A stretch of 64,000 nt of DNA from Octopus vulgaris (lineage: Eukaryota), in assembly GCA_951406725.2 (NCBI GenBank), contig OX597819.1, forward strand, positions 90,396,001 to 90,460,000. Reading direction: 5' to 3'. Of this stretch, positions 13,150-25,646 are shown piece after piece. Under the pieces are notes generated by a model that was not told the DNA's origin, searched no databases, and was given only the letters and a program-made list of their open reading frames with translations. The translations under genes were made by a program, and so were the position numbers. How positions within the stretch are numbered: the first letter of the stretch is position 1; the number at the start of each line of letters is the position of its first letter.

Positions 13150-13520
13150 ACCAGACCCCAGTCTGATTTGGCATGCTTTCTACAGCTGGATGCCCTTCCT
13201 AACACCAACCACTTTACAGAGCATGCTGGATGCTTTTACATAGTACCACATGGGTGCTTTTATGTGGCACCACGGGGTGCTTTTACGTGTTACCACATGG
13301 GTGCTTTTACATGTTGTCGCATGGGTGCTCTTACATGTTTCTGCACAGGCACTTTTATGTGGCACTGCCATGGGAGCTTTATACAATCAAAAGAATCAGT
13401 CTTTACACTTCTGCTATGGGATACAGGTTTTCTTGAGTATGGCTAGGTATCTTGGTTCTTTGTCATTTCACCTGAAATTTTCAGCTTCCTGAGATCATCC
13501 TTCAATACTTCATCCCATGT
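13150..13520 (-). mobile_element. RTE LINE 3' fragment with tandemly amplified motif of about 23 bp
   Basis: TTTCTACAGCTGGATGCCCTTCCTAACACCAACCAC tail motif shared with other RTE ends; PRKTWDEVLKDDL remnant. Confidence 0.7.
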
Positions 13521-13921
13521 CTTCCTGGGTTTCAAATTTCCACATGTTCCAAGGTGGTGAGCTGGCCAAGTTGTAAGAGCATTGGACAAAATGCCTTGTG
13601 GTATTTCTTCTGACTCATAACATTGTGAGTTCAAATTCCATTGAGATCGACCTTGCCTTTCAGCCTATTTGGGTTGATTAAAATAAGTATCAGTTGAGCA
13701 CCAGGGTCAATATAATGGATTAGCCCTTCCTCCTAAAAAATTGCTAATCTCATATCAAAATTTGAAACCATTTAGTCAGCAAACTGGTACAATTGCTAGT
13801 GCATCAGACAAAATGTTTAGCAGCATTTCCTCTTGCTCTTTACTTTCTAGATTCTCTTTTATTTCAGAGTACGCCACCACATCATACATTTTTATTTAAA
13901 AAAAGTAAAATAATGATTCCT

Positions 13922-14130
13922 TATAATAATAATAATAATGAAATTATTGTATACAGTGCTTAGGTGCACCACAACTTCTCAAAAGTTCGTATAAAGTATA
14001 TGCAGTAATGTACTAATGTCTGGAAAGTAAGCAGTGTATGAGTCAGATACATGCTTGCGTGTGTATGGAGGGGAGAAAATCAGGTGTAGTGTTGGAAGTT
14101 TTGAAGGATGCAGGAAAAGCATTGCTAATT
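13922..14130 (-). mobile_element. CR1/L2-type LINE 3' end with (TTA)n tail
   Basis: Near-identical to 15881-16039; (ATA)n tail on the + strand. Confidence 0.6.
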
Positions 14131-15326
14131 TTATAGATACCCAGTTTGTAATAATAGTATTTATATTATCGACACTTTGGAAGATGAAAGGCAAAATTAG
14201 TTCCACTGAGATTTGAACATAGAGTGGAAGGGATGTAACTAAATATTATTATTTTCAGCTCTCCACTGATTTTGCTATACAACACCCTTTCAATCGGTAA
14301 ATTTTTTCTTTGATTTTGTTTTCTTTTGTAAATCATCAACGCCTAAATGTTAATGAATTTAGAGTTTCAACAAAATTTATTCAGTTTTCATTTATTCTCA
14401 TTCACTTCTCCTCTTATCATATTTTATTCTCCCTGATGCAAGAAATCTAGCCAAGATATGTTTACAAGACCGAAATCGTAATAGTAGAACAAGGGAAATA
14501 ACTCTTTCATAACTACATTTACATATCAAATCACTTGTTCAAATTTTATTTCATTACAATTAGTCGGAAGTTGTAACCTGTTCCTGTAACAAGGTAGTTC
14601 GGGTATTTATGCGTACTGTACGATGTATGAAGACAAACCTTTTCCATTATAATAATTCTACACGTAAACTAATAAAGATATTAATGTTAATGCATTAAAG
14701 AGAATCTCTTACACCTGAAATAGCTGAAACAAAATACCTCCTTTGATGTAATTTAAGAACAATATTTTTGATAACATAAAACCAGTTTCCTGCTTACGAA
14801 ATTAAGTTTCTGTAAGCTTATTCACTTTGTCTTTGTGTTCTAAATCATAATTCCTGCATTTGCGATACCCTTGAGTAATGTAAAGCAAGAGTGTATCATT
14901 GTACTGGCCACAGTCATTATGATCTCAGGTGTGTCCTTTGAGGTGTGTCCTGGAGAGAACATCAAATTAGAAACAAAAAAGATAGAAAAATTTTCTTATA
15001 ATTGTTACCAGCAATCATTCATCATTGTCAGTAAAGAAAACTCTATGCAGTTTCTCATCCAATTAAAAATAATAGCCAAATTTCTCTCAATCACACCCTG
15101 CAATTTCACTAAAATTTTTTTAAAAGGACTCATTGAATTATATAGTCTTAGATATACTCTATCTGAAGGGGAAAAAAGCGAGACGGTCAAGTATAATTTT
15201 CCCTTGATCACAAGTCTGTTTGATCAATTATCAGACATATGAACTTCATCATCACTAACTTTGGGTATTATTACATAGTGAGACAGCTGCAGGAAAAGTA
15301 CTCGACCAAAAGTAAGCCATTGTACT

Positions 15327-15496
15327 CACTAGCATAGCTAGAGTGTGTGCTGCCCGGGGTGGCACTTCTGTTTGCCACCCCCAGAACTCACAAAGAACAC
15401 ATAATGCCTACAGCAGACCCAAAAGTGCTGCCCCTTTAAAAGTGCCACCTGGGGTGCACTGCCCCAACTGTTCCCCCCACCCTAGCTACAATAGTG
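15327..15496. mobile_element. hAT MITE nested in the RTE
   Basis: TIRs CACTAGCATAGCTAG / CTAGCTACAATAGTG; 8-bp TSD ATTGTACT / ATTCTACT. Confidence 0.8.
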
Positions 15497-15883
15497 ATTC
15501 TACTTAACCTTCATTGACTTGGAGAACGCTTTCAACAGAGTTCCCTGCTCTGTTATATGGTGGTCTCTAAGGAAGTTAAAAGTAGAGGAGTGGCTTGTTA
15601 GAGTTGTACAAGCCATATACAGTGATGCTGTCAGTAAGGTGAGAGTCAGCCCTGAATACAGTGATGAATTTAGCATATAGGTAGGGGTTCACCAGGGCCC
15701 AATTTTCAGCCCATTCTTATTCATTATAGTCCTCCAGGCCATAACAGAGAAATTCAAGACTAGGTGCCAACGGGAACTGCTATATGCTGATGAACTTGCT
15801 CTTATTGCAGATTCTTTAGCAGAATTGGAGAAAAAATTCCAGGTATGGAAACAAAACCTGAAATCAAAGAGCCTTAAAGTTAA

Positions 15884-16039
15884 TAATAATGAAATTATTA
15901 TATACAGTGCTCAGGTGCACCACAACTTGTCAGAAAGTGCATATAAAGTACATGCAGTAATGTAGAAATGTCTGGAAAGTGAACAGTGTATGAGTCAGAT
16001 ACATGCTTGTGTGTGTATGGAGGGGAGAAAATCAAGTGT
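15884..16039 (-). mobile_element. CR1/L2-type 3' end nested in the RTE
   Basis: Interrupts LKV|NLAKTKV of the RTE; AGTTAA duplicated on both sides. Confidence 0.7.
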
Positions 16040-19000
16040 AGTTAACCTAGCGAAGACCAAAGTTGTTAGTAAGAAAGAAGATAAAACCCTCTTTCCATCA
16101 GGTAAATGGCCCTGCTCAATATATAGGAAAGGAGTTGGAAGAAATTACATTCGCTACACCCAGTGTAAATTAAGGACACATAAGATGTGCAGTGGAATCA
16201 CAGGTACATTAATGGATAAAATCATCTTTGTACGTGGCAGATATGCAGCAACAATAAGCATGAAGAGCATACAGGACTTAGATTCTCTCAAATGCCCAGG
16301 AGGCTCTCTTGAGGTTATAGATAGTTTCTGTCACCGAGGTGACCAAATTAGTAATGGTAAAGGATGCTCTGAAAGTATTGTTTCGAGAATAAGAATAGGA
16401 TGGAGGAAGTTCAGAGAGCTATTACCTCTGTTGGTAACAAAAGAACTCTCTCTCAGAGTGAAAGGTAGACTATATGATTCTTGTGTGCGAACAGCTATAC
16501 TCCATGGGCTCTGAATGCAGAAGACTGGAGAGAAATGAAGGCAGTATGCTCCACTGGATGTGAAACATCAGTGCACATGTACAACAAAGTGTAAATGCAT
16601 TGAGAGAAAAGTTGGGCATAAGAGGAATCGAATGTAGCATGCAAGAGAGAAGACTAAGTTGATTTGGACATGAGATGTGTCTGAATGAGGACAGCTGCAT
16701 AAAGAAGTGCCTGTCACTGAAAGTGGATGGTACCTGCAGAAGAAGGAGACCCAGGATGAAGTGGGATGAAGTGATAAGAACCAGTCTCAGGATGTTGGGC
16801 CTCACGGAGGAAATGCCAATTGACCATCTGTATCACTTAGCAAGAAAACTTCTCACACACCCTACCACTACAAACCAAACTATATCTCTACATCTCTTCT
16901 CTTTTTTCCACTTCATGCACTATGCTTACATCCCACTCCCCAATCCTGTATTCTTGGCTCTGTGTCACTGTATCATGTTATTGCTATCCACTAACCCCCA
17001 ACCTGTGTGTTCCACCCACACATAACAAGAAAACTTTTCAAACACCCTACCCCAACAAAGCAATCTACATCTCTTCTCTTCCTCACATTTCCTCCTTCAT
17101 ACACTATGTCTACCTCTCACTCCCCAATCCTGTCCTCAAGGCCCTATTTTGCTGCATCATTGCTATCCAGCAGCCCCACACCCACTCTATATATACCTAG
17201 GTTTTCACCACTCACTTCTCCACCCCCTCTGCACTCTCTAATCCCATGCCTTTCACAATATCCTGCCACTTACATTATGACCTTTGAACCTCAAAAGTAT
17301 GCCCTGACACTTGCCATCATCTATATCTCTCTCTTCCATTACTCATCCCATTTATACTCTGATCCCCCATCCATTGTGAGTATGCCCAGCACTTTGCTAC
17401 CATCTATATCCTGCTGTCTCCCACTCTCTCTCTCTCTCCTTCTCCTGCACTGCCCTCAGGTTGGGTAACTATGTATTTCCTAGGAGCAGCATACCTATTT
17501 CTCTCTCTCTCTCTCTCTCTGGCTGACTGACTAGCTGGCTGGGTAGCCTTGTACCTTGTCTACAGCAAGACACCTGTTTCTGTCTCTCTGTCTCAATATA
17601 GCCTTTCATCATCTGACATAAGATCACCTATTCCAATGCCCCCACTCCTTGCAAATGATTTTTGTCTTGCAAGTTACTTGGTGACCCTGTCAGTAAAGGT
17701 GCCACGTAAAAAGCATCCAGCCCACACTGTAAAGTGCTGGTGTTTGGCAGGGCTTCCAGCTCAGCTGTAAAAACCTTGCCCAAACTGACCTTGCCTGTAT
17801 TTGTGTCACATAAAAAGCACTAAGTCCACTCTGTTGAGTGGTTGGTGTTAAAAAGGGCATCCAACTGTAAAATTCCTGTCAAAACAGTTACAGAAATTTG
17901 ATGCAGGCTCCTGCCTGGCCAGCTCCTGGCAAACTGTCCCACCCATACCAGCATGGGATGTGGACAATAAACAATGATGATGATAGAGATCAACATGGAC
18001 AAGACAGCTACAGTATATAATATGTTAAGTCTTAAGTTTTATCATCAACAGAAAAAAAAATAGAAGGGTTATTTTTTAAATTCTAGTATTGATAAAATAA
18101 CTACCAGTCATACACTGAGGTTAAATCTGCTGAATAGTTCTTCTTTATGAAATAACAATTTATTTCCTGTCATTCATTGGGATAGGTATGAATATTACAA
18201 TTACTTATTGTTATTGTTGTGTAATCTCATTGGTACACAGTTTGTTTACCTCTGTGCCATAGAAACATGACTTGAATCATATGATTCTTGCTTAGCTAAG
18301 AACAATACTATTGTAACATATGGATGATATGACCACCAGTTTAACAATAAGAAGATTGGTCACCCATGTAACAATGCGATAAATGGAAATCTAGATGAAC
18401 GAATGAGAGAAGTCAAAGTTTTTGATTTGTCATATGCTTATTGTTAAAAGTTGTATTAGACACAACCATCCAATGAAGAATGTCAGAGTAATGAAAGGAA
18501 GTTTTTCCAAGTAGTTGGACAGGTTCTGTAGTTATATGTAGGTGAAAGAGATATAGAGTTACTGAGAGAGAGAAAGAGAGAGAGAGAGGTAGGGTCAGCT
18601 GCCATAATGTAGTGCTTAAGCTAGTAGGAGTTAAACTGTTCATATTACGGACTCTTCATATTTAGTGGGTCTGGTTGTTAGTCTCAGCTGATATTCATTA
18701 GCACCTGACATGAATGCATTACTGTGATCTGGTCTCCTGTCTGTCTCTACCATACAGTTCTTTCAACGGTCACTTTTTATAAACTCCATAGTAAATCTGA
18801 TAGGTCAAATCTGTGGTGACATCATTCCTCAAAAGCCTGGCTGTTGTTTACATAGAATTTACTGATCAGACACAAGTTACAAATAAACTCAAAGTATACA
18901 CCTGTTACATTCCTACCTCATCAGATAAATTGTTATGTAACAATGATAGAAATCAAGATCTAAGTGTACTGACATGGAATGTTGTACATTGAAAAATAAA

Positions 19001-20699
19001 TGTGATGCTAGGCTACAAATAAGCATTCTAGGAATCTGGCAAGAAAAACTGGACTGTTGTATATGTCAGTATAAGTGTAATTCAAGTGAATTTGAATACA
19101 GTACAGTACAAAATTGCATACAAATTTTAGTGTCTGAATATGGTACAATATCAGATAGCATACATTCAAATAAGTCTAAATACTGAGTGCTACAGAATTG
19201 AATACATACTCAGGTGCATCAGAAAGCAGTGCAGTACTGGATTGCAAATACCTGTGAGTGCATATTTAAGTTAGTTTGAATATATAGTTAGCTGTATCAA
19301 TCAATTTTCATTGAATGAAGCTAAGAAAAACTGTTATTTTCAATTCAAGAGACAAGAAGAAGATTGCTGGTGATTTGCCTTGAAGGAAGCACAGAGACTA
19401 AGAGTGGCTGGTGCTGGAGTCAGGGATAATGGTTGGGAGTATAGCAAGTACAATAAGCTGAAAATGCTAAGCTAGACGCACTGAACTGAGTAAATTTCTC
19501 TGTGTAGACAATGTCCAGTGTAAGGTTGTATAAAGGGAAGCGGGTAAATGGGTGAAAGAAAGAGCATAGAAAGCAAAATTTGTTTCCTTCATGAGATGCT
19601 TGATGAAAATGGCTGGTGGTGTTAACAGGTCTGGTCAACTTATGTATTGTAGCAAGTTCAATGGTAAATGAAAAGTAAAGTGGTTCAGAGTAAACTATCA
19701 GTAAGTGCATCATCTGCCAGTTTTTTCTACATTATCCAGTTTGTCTTTTTCCAAAGAGTGGCAGTGTAGTTTGGGGAAAATTTGGCTACAATTTGGTAGA
19801 ATCATTAGAATTTCAGATAAAATGCTCGCCATATTTAGTTATGCCCTTAAATTCTGAGTTTAAACTTCGCAAAAATCAATTTTGTCATTCCTTTTCTCCA
19901 GAGTTGATAAAATAAAGTGCTATTAAAATATTATAGTCAAGTGTAATTCCTATTAAGTATCCTAGAATTGAATGGAGTATAATAGAAAACTAAGATTATT
20001 TCTAATATATCCTACATCCATGTGGGGTAAACAGATGAAATTTAATAGGATCTCCAAATAGATCATATCAATGAGGTATGTTTCATATTCCATTTAACAT
20101 TGAGATATCACTGGGGACTTCACATTCTATATATTGTAAAACAATATTTTTTTCATAAATCAGATACATTTATAACAATTAGTATATGGTTTTTTTTTTT
20201 TTTGGAGGGCTTTTTGGTGGGGGGTTAGAAATTTTACATCTCTTATATTCTTCTCTTCCATGTTGTATTGCACATAAGTCTATAATTAGATGATTCCTGT
20301 AGTTCATTAGTTTTTCTATTAGAAGGGGTTTCTAGGTTATGGTAAATTCTCCATTTATGGAGAATGGGCACTGGGAGGGATCACCCATGAATCTTTCTAC
20401 AACACACCATAACTGATTCCAAGAGAAAGAAGCAGAGTGGAAAGGAGAGAGAGGGTGTAGAATTTATCTTAATATTTCACTAACACTTTATTAATAAACT
20501 GCAGAAGAATGAAAAGTAAAGTTGACCCCAGCAAGATTTGAACTCATAGTGCCTAGATATGGAACAAATACTAACACTCTGTCCACTGCTCTAATTGCCA
20601 ACTCACTACCTAAATAGTTTAACTAGGAATACATTACCTAATATGTTCATAAGGCAGTGGGCTGATAGAATCGTGAGCAAAGTTGGACAAAATGCTTAG

Positions 20700-20970
20700 C
20701 AGTTGCCTTTTCCTTAGGGAAGGCTTTTCTCTTTCAGGTTTTGTTGGTTTTGAATTGTCATCAATGCTTCTGTAACTTTGTTTTTTCAAGGTAGGGGTGT
20801 TGGCCCTACACAAACCTATTTTTACTCCTGAAAAGAAGTGGCCCACATTAGTGTGACCTCTATCCTGTAACTTCTCCAATATGGGAGGCCCCACCAGAAG
20901 TTTGAACTCTGCTGGCATACCTCTCAAGGCCATTGAGGCACACAAGCCACTACGTTGTAAAAGGGACAGA
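20700..20970 (-). mobile_element. RTE-type LINE 5' UTR fragment
   Basis: Reverse complement GGCTTGTGTGCCTCAATGGCCTTGAGAGGTATGCC...CTCCCAT resembles RTE/BovB 5' UTRs (from recall). Confidence 0.5.
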
Positions 20971-21809
20971 ACCTTGTAGTGGTCAAATCTTATCAAGGGC
21001 TTTTTTCCCCACTTCAATCACTTGAAAATTTAGAATATAAGTGCAATTATTATATGCTTAGCTCTATAAATCTCAAAATCCACATTGGAGTATTACTCAT
21101 ATGTAAGTGACAGTACTGTTATTTGACATACATAAACACTTTAAACATATAGGATTGGATAAAGATCCTTCCTCAAGCCATAAAGATTTATAAGGTCAGT
21201 TTCTGTGGTGTATATATCCCCCACCTGGACAGGATGACAGTCTGTCACAAGATTGTTTTACAGCTGAATGGACTAGAGCAACATGAAATGAAGTGTTTTA
21301 CTCAAGAACACAACACACAGCCCAGTCTGGGAATCAAAACCACAATCTTATGATCATGATTCCAACATTCTAACCACTAGGCCATGCACCTCTACAAACA
21401 CCTTAGAACACATCTAAAAGAAGTTAATTTGACCAAAAGGCAATGATTTACTCACCAGCACATTACGATCGTTAACTCTCTAATATACAAATTCCTTATG
21501 TTGTTTCTTTTGCCCTTGCTACAATGGATTCTGCTCTTTTGAATTAGCTAACAGCATGCTGTCACTATCCGTCTCTTATTTTCCTCATGTTCTCCACATA
21601 TTCACACTCATCATGTCTTACTTCCAGACACTGCAGTCAGTTCTTTTTCCCAGTACTTCTTTTCAAACATAATTCTCTGGAATTTTCTTTCTGGCAAACA
21701 TTGACCAATAAATATCGAAGCTGAACATTTAATGACATTGTTCTTACCAGTTTGTGAGTGCCTGCATTGCCTTAATAATAAGTGAGATGTATCTGTTGTT
21801 TTATTGTTT

Positions 21810-23430
21810 AATACAGTTTAATACAGTAATGACAGTTATATAATACAGTTCATTGAAATAGGTCATTTACTCATTCTTGAATGTAATGATAGTAATGGCA
21901 AATGAAGTTATTCATGTTGCATTAAGAATGAATATTTCTTTATGAACAATGTTTTTGTTTTATTTCAGGGGTTCAAACAGTGAGAATGTTTGGGTCAATG
22001 AAGTTTGTGCACAATTAATCATGTACTATTGCATAATTTTTGTTGAGACAAAATATGTAATAGCATAATAGGAATCCCTTTTTTCAACTGAAGATAATAA
22101 GGAGCTGTGCCTGGTGGTTGTAGTGAGTTAAAGAATTAATGGGGTAGTTGACACTATCCTGATCTGTTTGTTTATCATATTATCTTTTTAATGATATTTA
22201 TCAATACAGTAATGGCAATTATATAATACAGTTCATTGAAATAGGTAATGTAGTAATTCTTGAATGTAATGATAGTGATGGGGAAATAAGTTACTGGAGT
22301 ATTCATGTTGCATTAAGAGTGAATATGTCTTTGTAAACAATGTTTTTTGTTTTATTTTGGGGTGCATAAACAAAAAGATTTGCTTTTGCTCCCACGCATG
22401 ATGCTCCTAAACAAAGTTGGCCATGTGAAGAGCACGGTTCTTAAAGTTGCAATCAAGCAACTTTAAGTATTAGGCCTTGACTTTTATTAATGCTCATAGC
22501 AAAAGAAACTCGGATAGGAAACTGTAACCATTTAAACTGGAATGGGACATTAGACGGTATAACTGGTATGTGAGGAATGAAGACGGTGTCACCTTTGCCA
22601 CAACCAGTGAGAATATTTGCCTCAATGCAGTTCCTCACAAGTTTGTGCACAATTAATCTTGTACTATTGCATAATTTTGGTTGGGACAAATTATGTTATA
22701 GCACAATAGGAGTCCCTTTTTTCAGCTGAAGATAATGAGGAGCTGTACCTGGTGGTTCTAGTGAGTTCAAAAATTTGAAGGAGTAGTTAACACTATCCCG
22801 ATCATCAACAACGCTGTCAATTGAGTTATAAGTGAGTATTTCTCCTGGAAGCTTATTCAATAGCATATTATTAATGCTATGTACTGCAACATTTTTTGGA
22901 TCCAGGATAGCTCGCTCACAGATCCAACCTGTATTGTTGTAATTATGAAGAAGATTAGGAAAGATTTCACCCACCAAATCATCGACAGAATGAGTTGAAT
23001 TACACATTGGAGTGAATGTAAGAAACTGTTCTTCATCAATTGGAAGTCTCTCTTCACCAAACTTCAAAAGCTGCTCTGCAAATAGTTCAGCTGGTTGATG
23101 TCTTGAAAGCCTTGATCTCATATTTATTGAAAGTTGAAGTGTTTTCACATGATGCCGTAATACAGAATACTTTATTGAAGCATTGAGCTCATCCACTTTT
23201 GTTCATCTTGGAACAACTGGTAGTGTTTGTCGGAAGTTTCCTGACAATAATACTGTGACATTTCTCATCATGGAATTGCAATTCCTAATGTCTCGTAATG
23301 TTCTGTTAACAGCTTCAAAAACTTTTTTTGTGGGCCATGGTACATTCGTCCTAGATAATTAAGTGACATCTTTGTATTAGTTCACCCATTCCAGAATTTT
23401 TAGATATATTACAAACTGGATCTTGCTTGT
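21810..23430 (-). mobile_element. Helitron RepHel remnant (PIF1-like helicase) with partial tandem duplicate
   Basis: DECTM, GNFRQTLPVV, LSINMR, ERAILDPKN, FLNSLEPPG, QFPIRVSFAMSINKSQG; frameshifted. Confidence 0.88.
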
Positions 23431-25309
23431 TAAATTTTTTAAAATAGTTTTTGACTTAAAGACTGAAGAATATCCAGTATTGAATTAGACTGCCAGCCCT
23501 TTGCTCATGATCACATATATAGTTGCTGGTATTACATTTTATTCTTTAGATAAAACATATTAAGGTGTTGCTTGCTTCAAATTTATAGGGTTGGCTCAGA
23601 AATTAGTCTATTAAAAAGTCATCATTATGTTTTATGACATGTTCTTTAGCTATTTTACCCTGAACCAGCTGGTACTTTTCAATGCTATTTTTTTCTCTTG
23701 ACATAATGTTTCTAAAATTACATTAGCGGCAAAAGAGACCAATAGAATAAGTACTGGGCTTACAAAGAATAAGTCCCGGGGTTGATTTGCTCGACTAAAG
23801 GTGGTGCTCCAGCATGGCCACAGTCAAATGACTGAAACATGTAAAAGAGTAAAAGAGAGAGAGTATCCTTTTGCAAGACAAATGAATAACATTTGAGGGA
23901 GATTTGCCTTTTCTAGTAGGTTTCAATGACCATACAGAGGCTCCCTCTTTAACTATATCTTTTGATTTTATCCCTCTCTGTAGCATTAGTTTCATTCCTC
24001 TCAATAGTGTACAAGATAGTGACAATTGCTTTATGTTTAAAAAGTAAACAGTTAACTATTACTACCTCACTTTTTAGAATGGTCACTCAACACACATCAG
24101 TCGAGTATCAATCCAAAGCCTGATACATTATTTAGCATTTATCGGTTCTTATGAGATAGAAATCTTATCTGGGTGAACGTTACCTTTCATCCTTATAGGG
24201 TGAATAAGAAAATATTTTAATGTTGTGTTGAAGGTTAATTCTGTAGACTAAATGCATTCACAACAAATTGTGACCTTCTATCTTCAAAAGAAGTCTTTAT
24301 TTCTGTAACCTTTAAATATATCTGACAAGAAAACTCGTTCCCTCATCATATATAAATACTATTTTACTAATAATCAATATACAACTGTCTTATAAGATGT
24401 AAATTCGCAGGACAAAAAAATGTTTATAAACAATAAATGGAAAACAAAGTAGTGGGAGGAAAAAAATTTGTGAGAGTTCCAACAGGTATTATAACCTGAT
24501 AATAAATCTGGGAAAATCTAATATGCCCTTTTTACCATTTTAAATGTCACTGTTTCAATTAAGATATTTGCTTTTGTATGCATAAATTAATTCAGAATAC
24601 TTTCCAAAAGTATAATTATAAATTCATTGTATATTAGCGAAAAATAACAAAACAAATCAGTTATAATTACAACGAACATGTTACGATTTCAATTATTTCG
24701 AAGTAAATAAGCAACTTCTATGAAATAATTTATTTATTGTTTTGTAATTTTTTTCAATTGTGTTCTCTGTTTCGTCCATTTCTCTAATTTAATTTATTTT
24801 ATTTTCTAATTCATGCATTTGTTACATGGTCTAATAATAAGACTGCCCTTATACCATGTCTTATTGCAAACCGCATTAATAAATAAAGCGTCCGCTTCTT
24901 ATTTATTGTAGTGTTAAGCAATAAAAACTGTTACTGAAATTTCTACTTTCAGTTAGCTTGACATTACTAGAAATTGTTTTCCCATTTTTTAATATGAAAT
25001 CAATTTAATAAAGGAAAAATAAAAACTTCATAAAAAGAATTCGGTTCGGGGAAAAAATAAATTACATTGTTTTACTTCCAAGTACGTTATTTTAAAAAAA
25101 TAAAATAAAAAAACGTACAAATCAAAACATTAAATACGCATTTACTATAGGAAAAAAAACATTTGGAATATTAAGATTAAAAAATATTTTGGAAAAATAT
25201 CATTTAATTGTTTATTTTTGATGGGTATATATTAAGAAATCCTTTTTAAAGTGAGAATATTTTCGTATAAGAAAATTGTTGAAAATAAGAATAGCTTTTA
25301 ATTTAATGG

Positions 25310-25440
25310 CAAATACTTCCGGTGTGTAGCCCGGATGTTAGTAATGATTCGCTACTACTGTCATGACAATTATGGGATGTTGTTCATCCGGGCATCTGTG
25401 AGACTAGCGCCACCGTTGCTGTGTCCGGTGAGAAGGAAGG
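25310..25440 (+). promoter_or_regulatory. Putative FAM120A promoter (ETS-like and ZNF143/Staf-like motifs)
   Basis: GC/CpG-enriched patch 200-340 bp upstream of the ATG; ACTTCCGG 25315, CCGGATGT 25331, CATCCGG 25385; reverse complement AACAACATCCCATAATTG at 25367-25384. Confidence 0.5.
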
Positions 25441-25646
25441 GAAGAAGATAAGAGGGTGCACATGGTAGCCATATAGATGGTGATAACGTGCCTGCAGTCT
25501 CTTTCTTTTCTTTATTTTCTTATCTTCATGAGTTAACCGGTAGATTAAGCAGTATTGAAGGGGTTAGAAGAAATCAAATCATTATACATCCTGCCTAGGG
25601 CTAAACCAAAGCCGAGAGGATATAGAATAGGGAATCAAAAAGAAAA

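Larger units (their letters stand above)
15278..17985 (+). mobile_element. 5'-truncated RTE-clade LINE (pseudogenic RT) with nested insertions
   Basis: VRQLQEKY..KPLY|LTFIDLENAFNRVP, GVHQG, LLYADE, WRKFRELLPLL..KGRLYDSCVR; 3' tail ending ATGATGATGAT. Confidence 0.9.

Noticed and set aside
13230-13385. CRISPR-like repeat array
   Set aside because: Units are adjacent with no unique spacers, there are no cas genes, the context is eukaryotic, and the motif derives from the RTE 3' UTR.
19330-19720. Further Penelope/CR1 fragments (also at about 18340-18500, 21540-21780, 40500-41000 and 56690-57070)
   Set aside because: Motif remnants are too decayed to classify or bound by eye.
22453-23196. Host PIF1 helicase gene
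   Set aside because: Intronless, frameshifted, with stops and a tandem decayed copy; fits a Helitron remnant.
23430-24030. Possible minus-strand coding sequence near the promoter
   Set aside because: Short ORFs with stops, no recognisable motif, and interrupted by a SINE tail.
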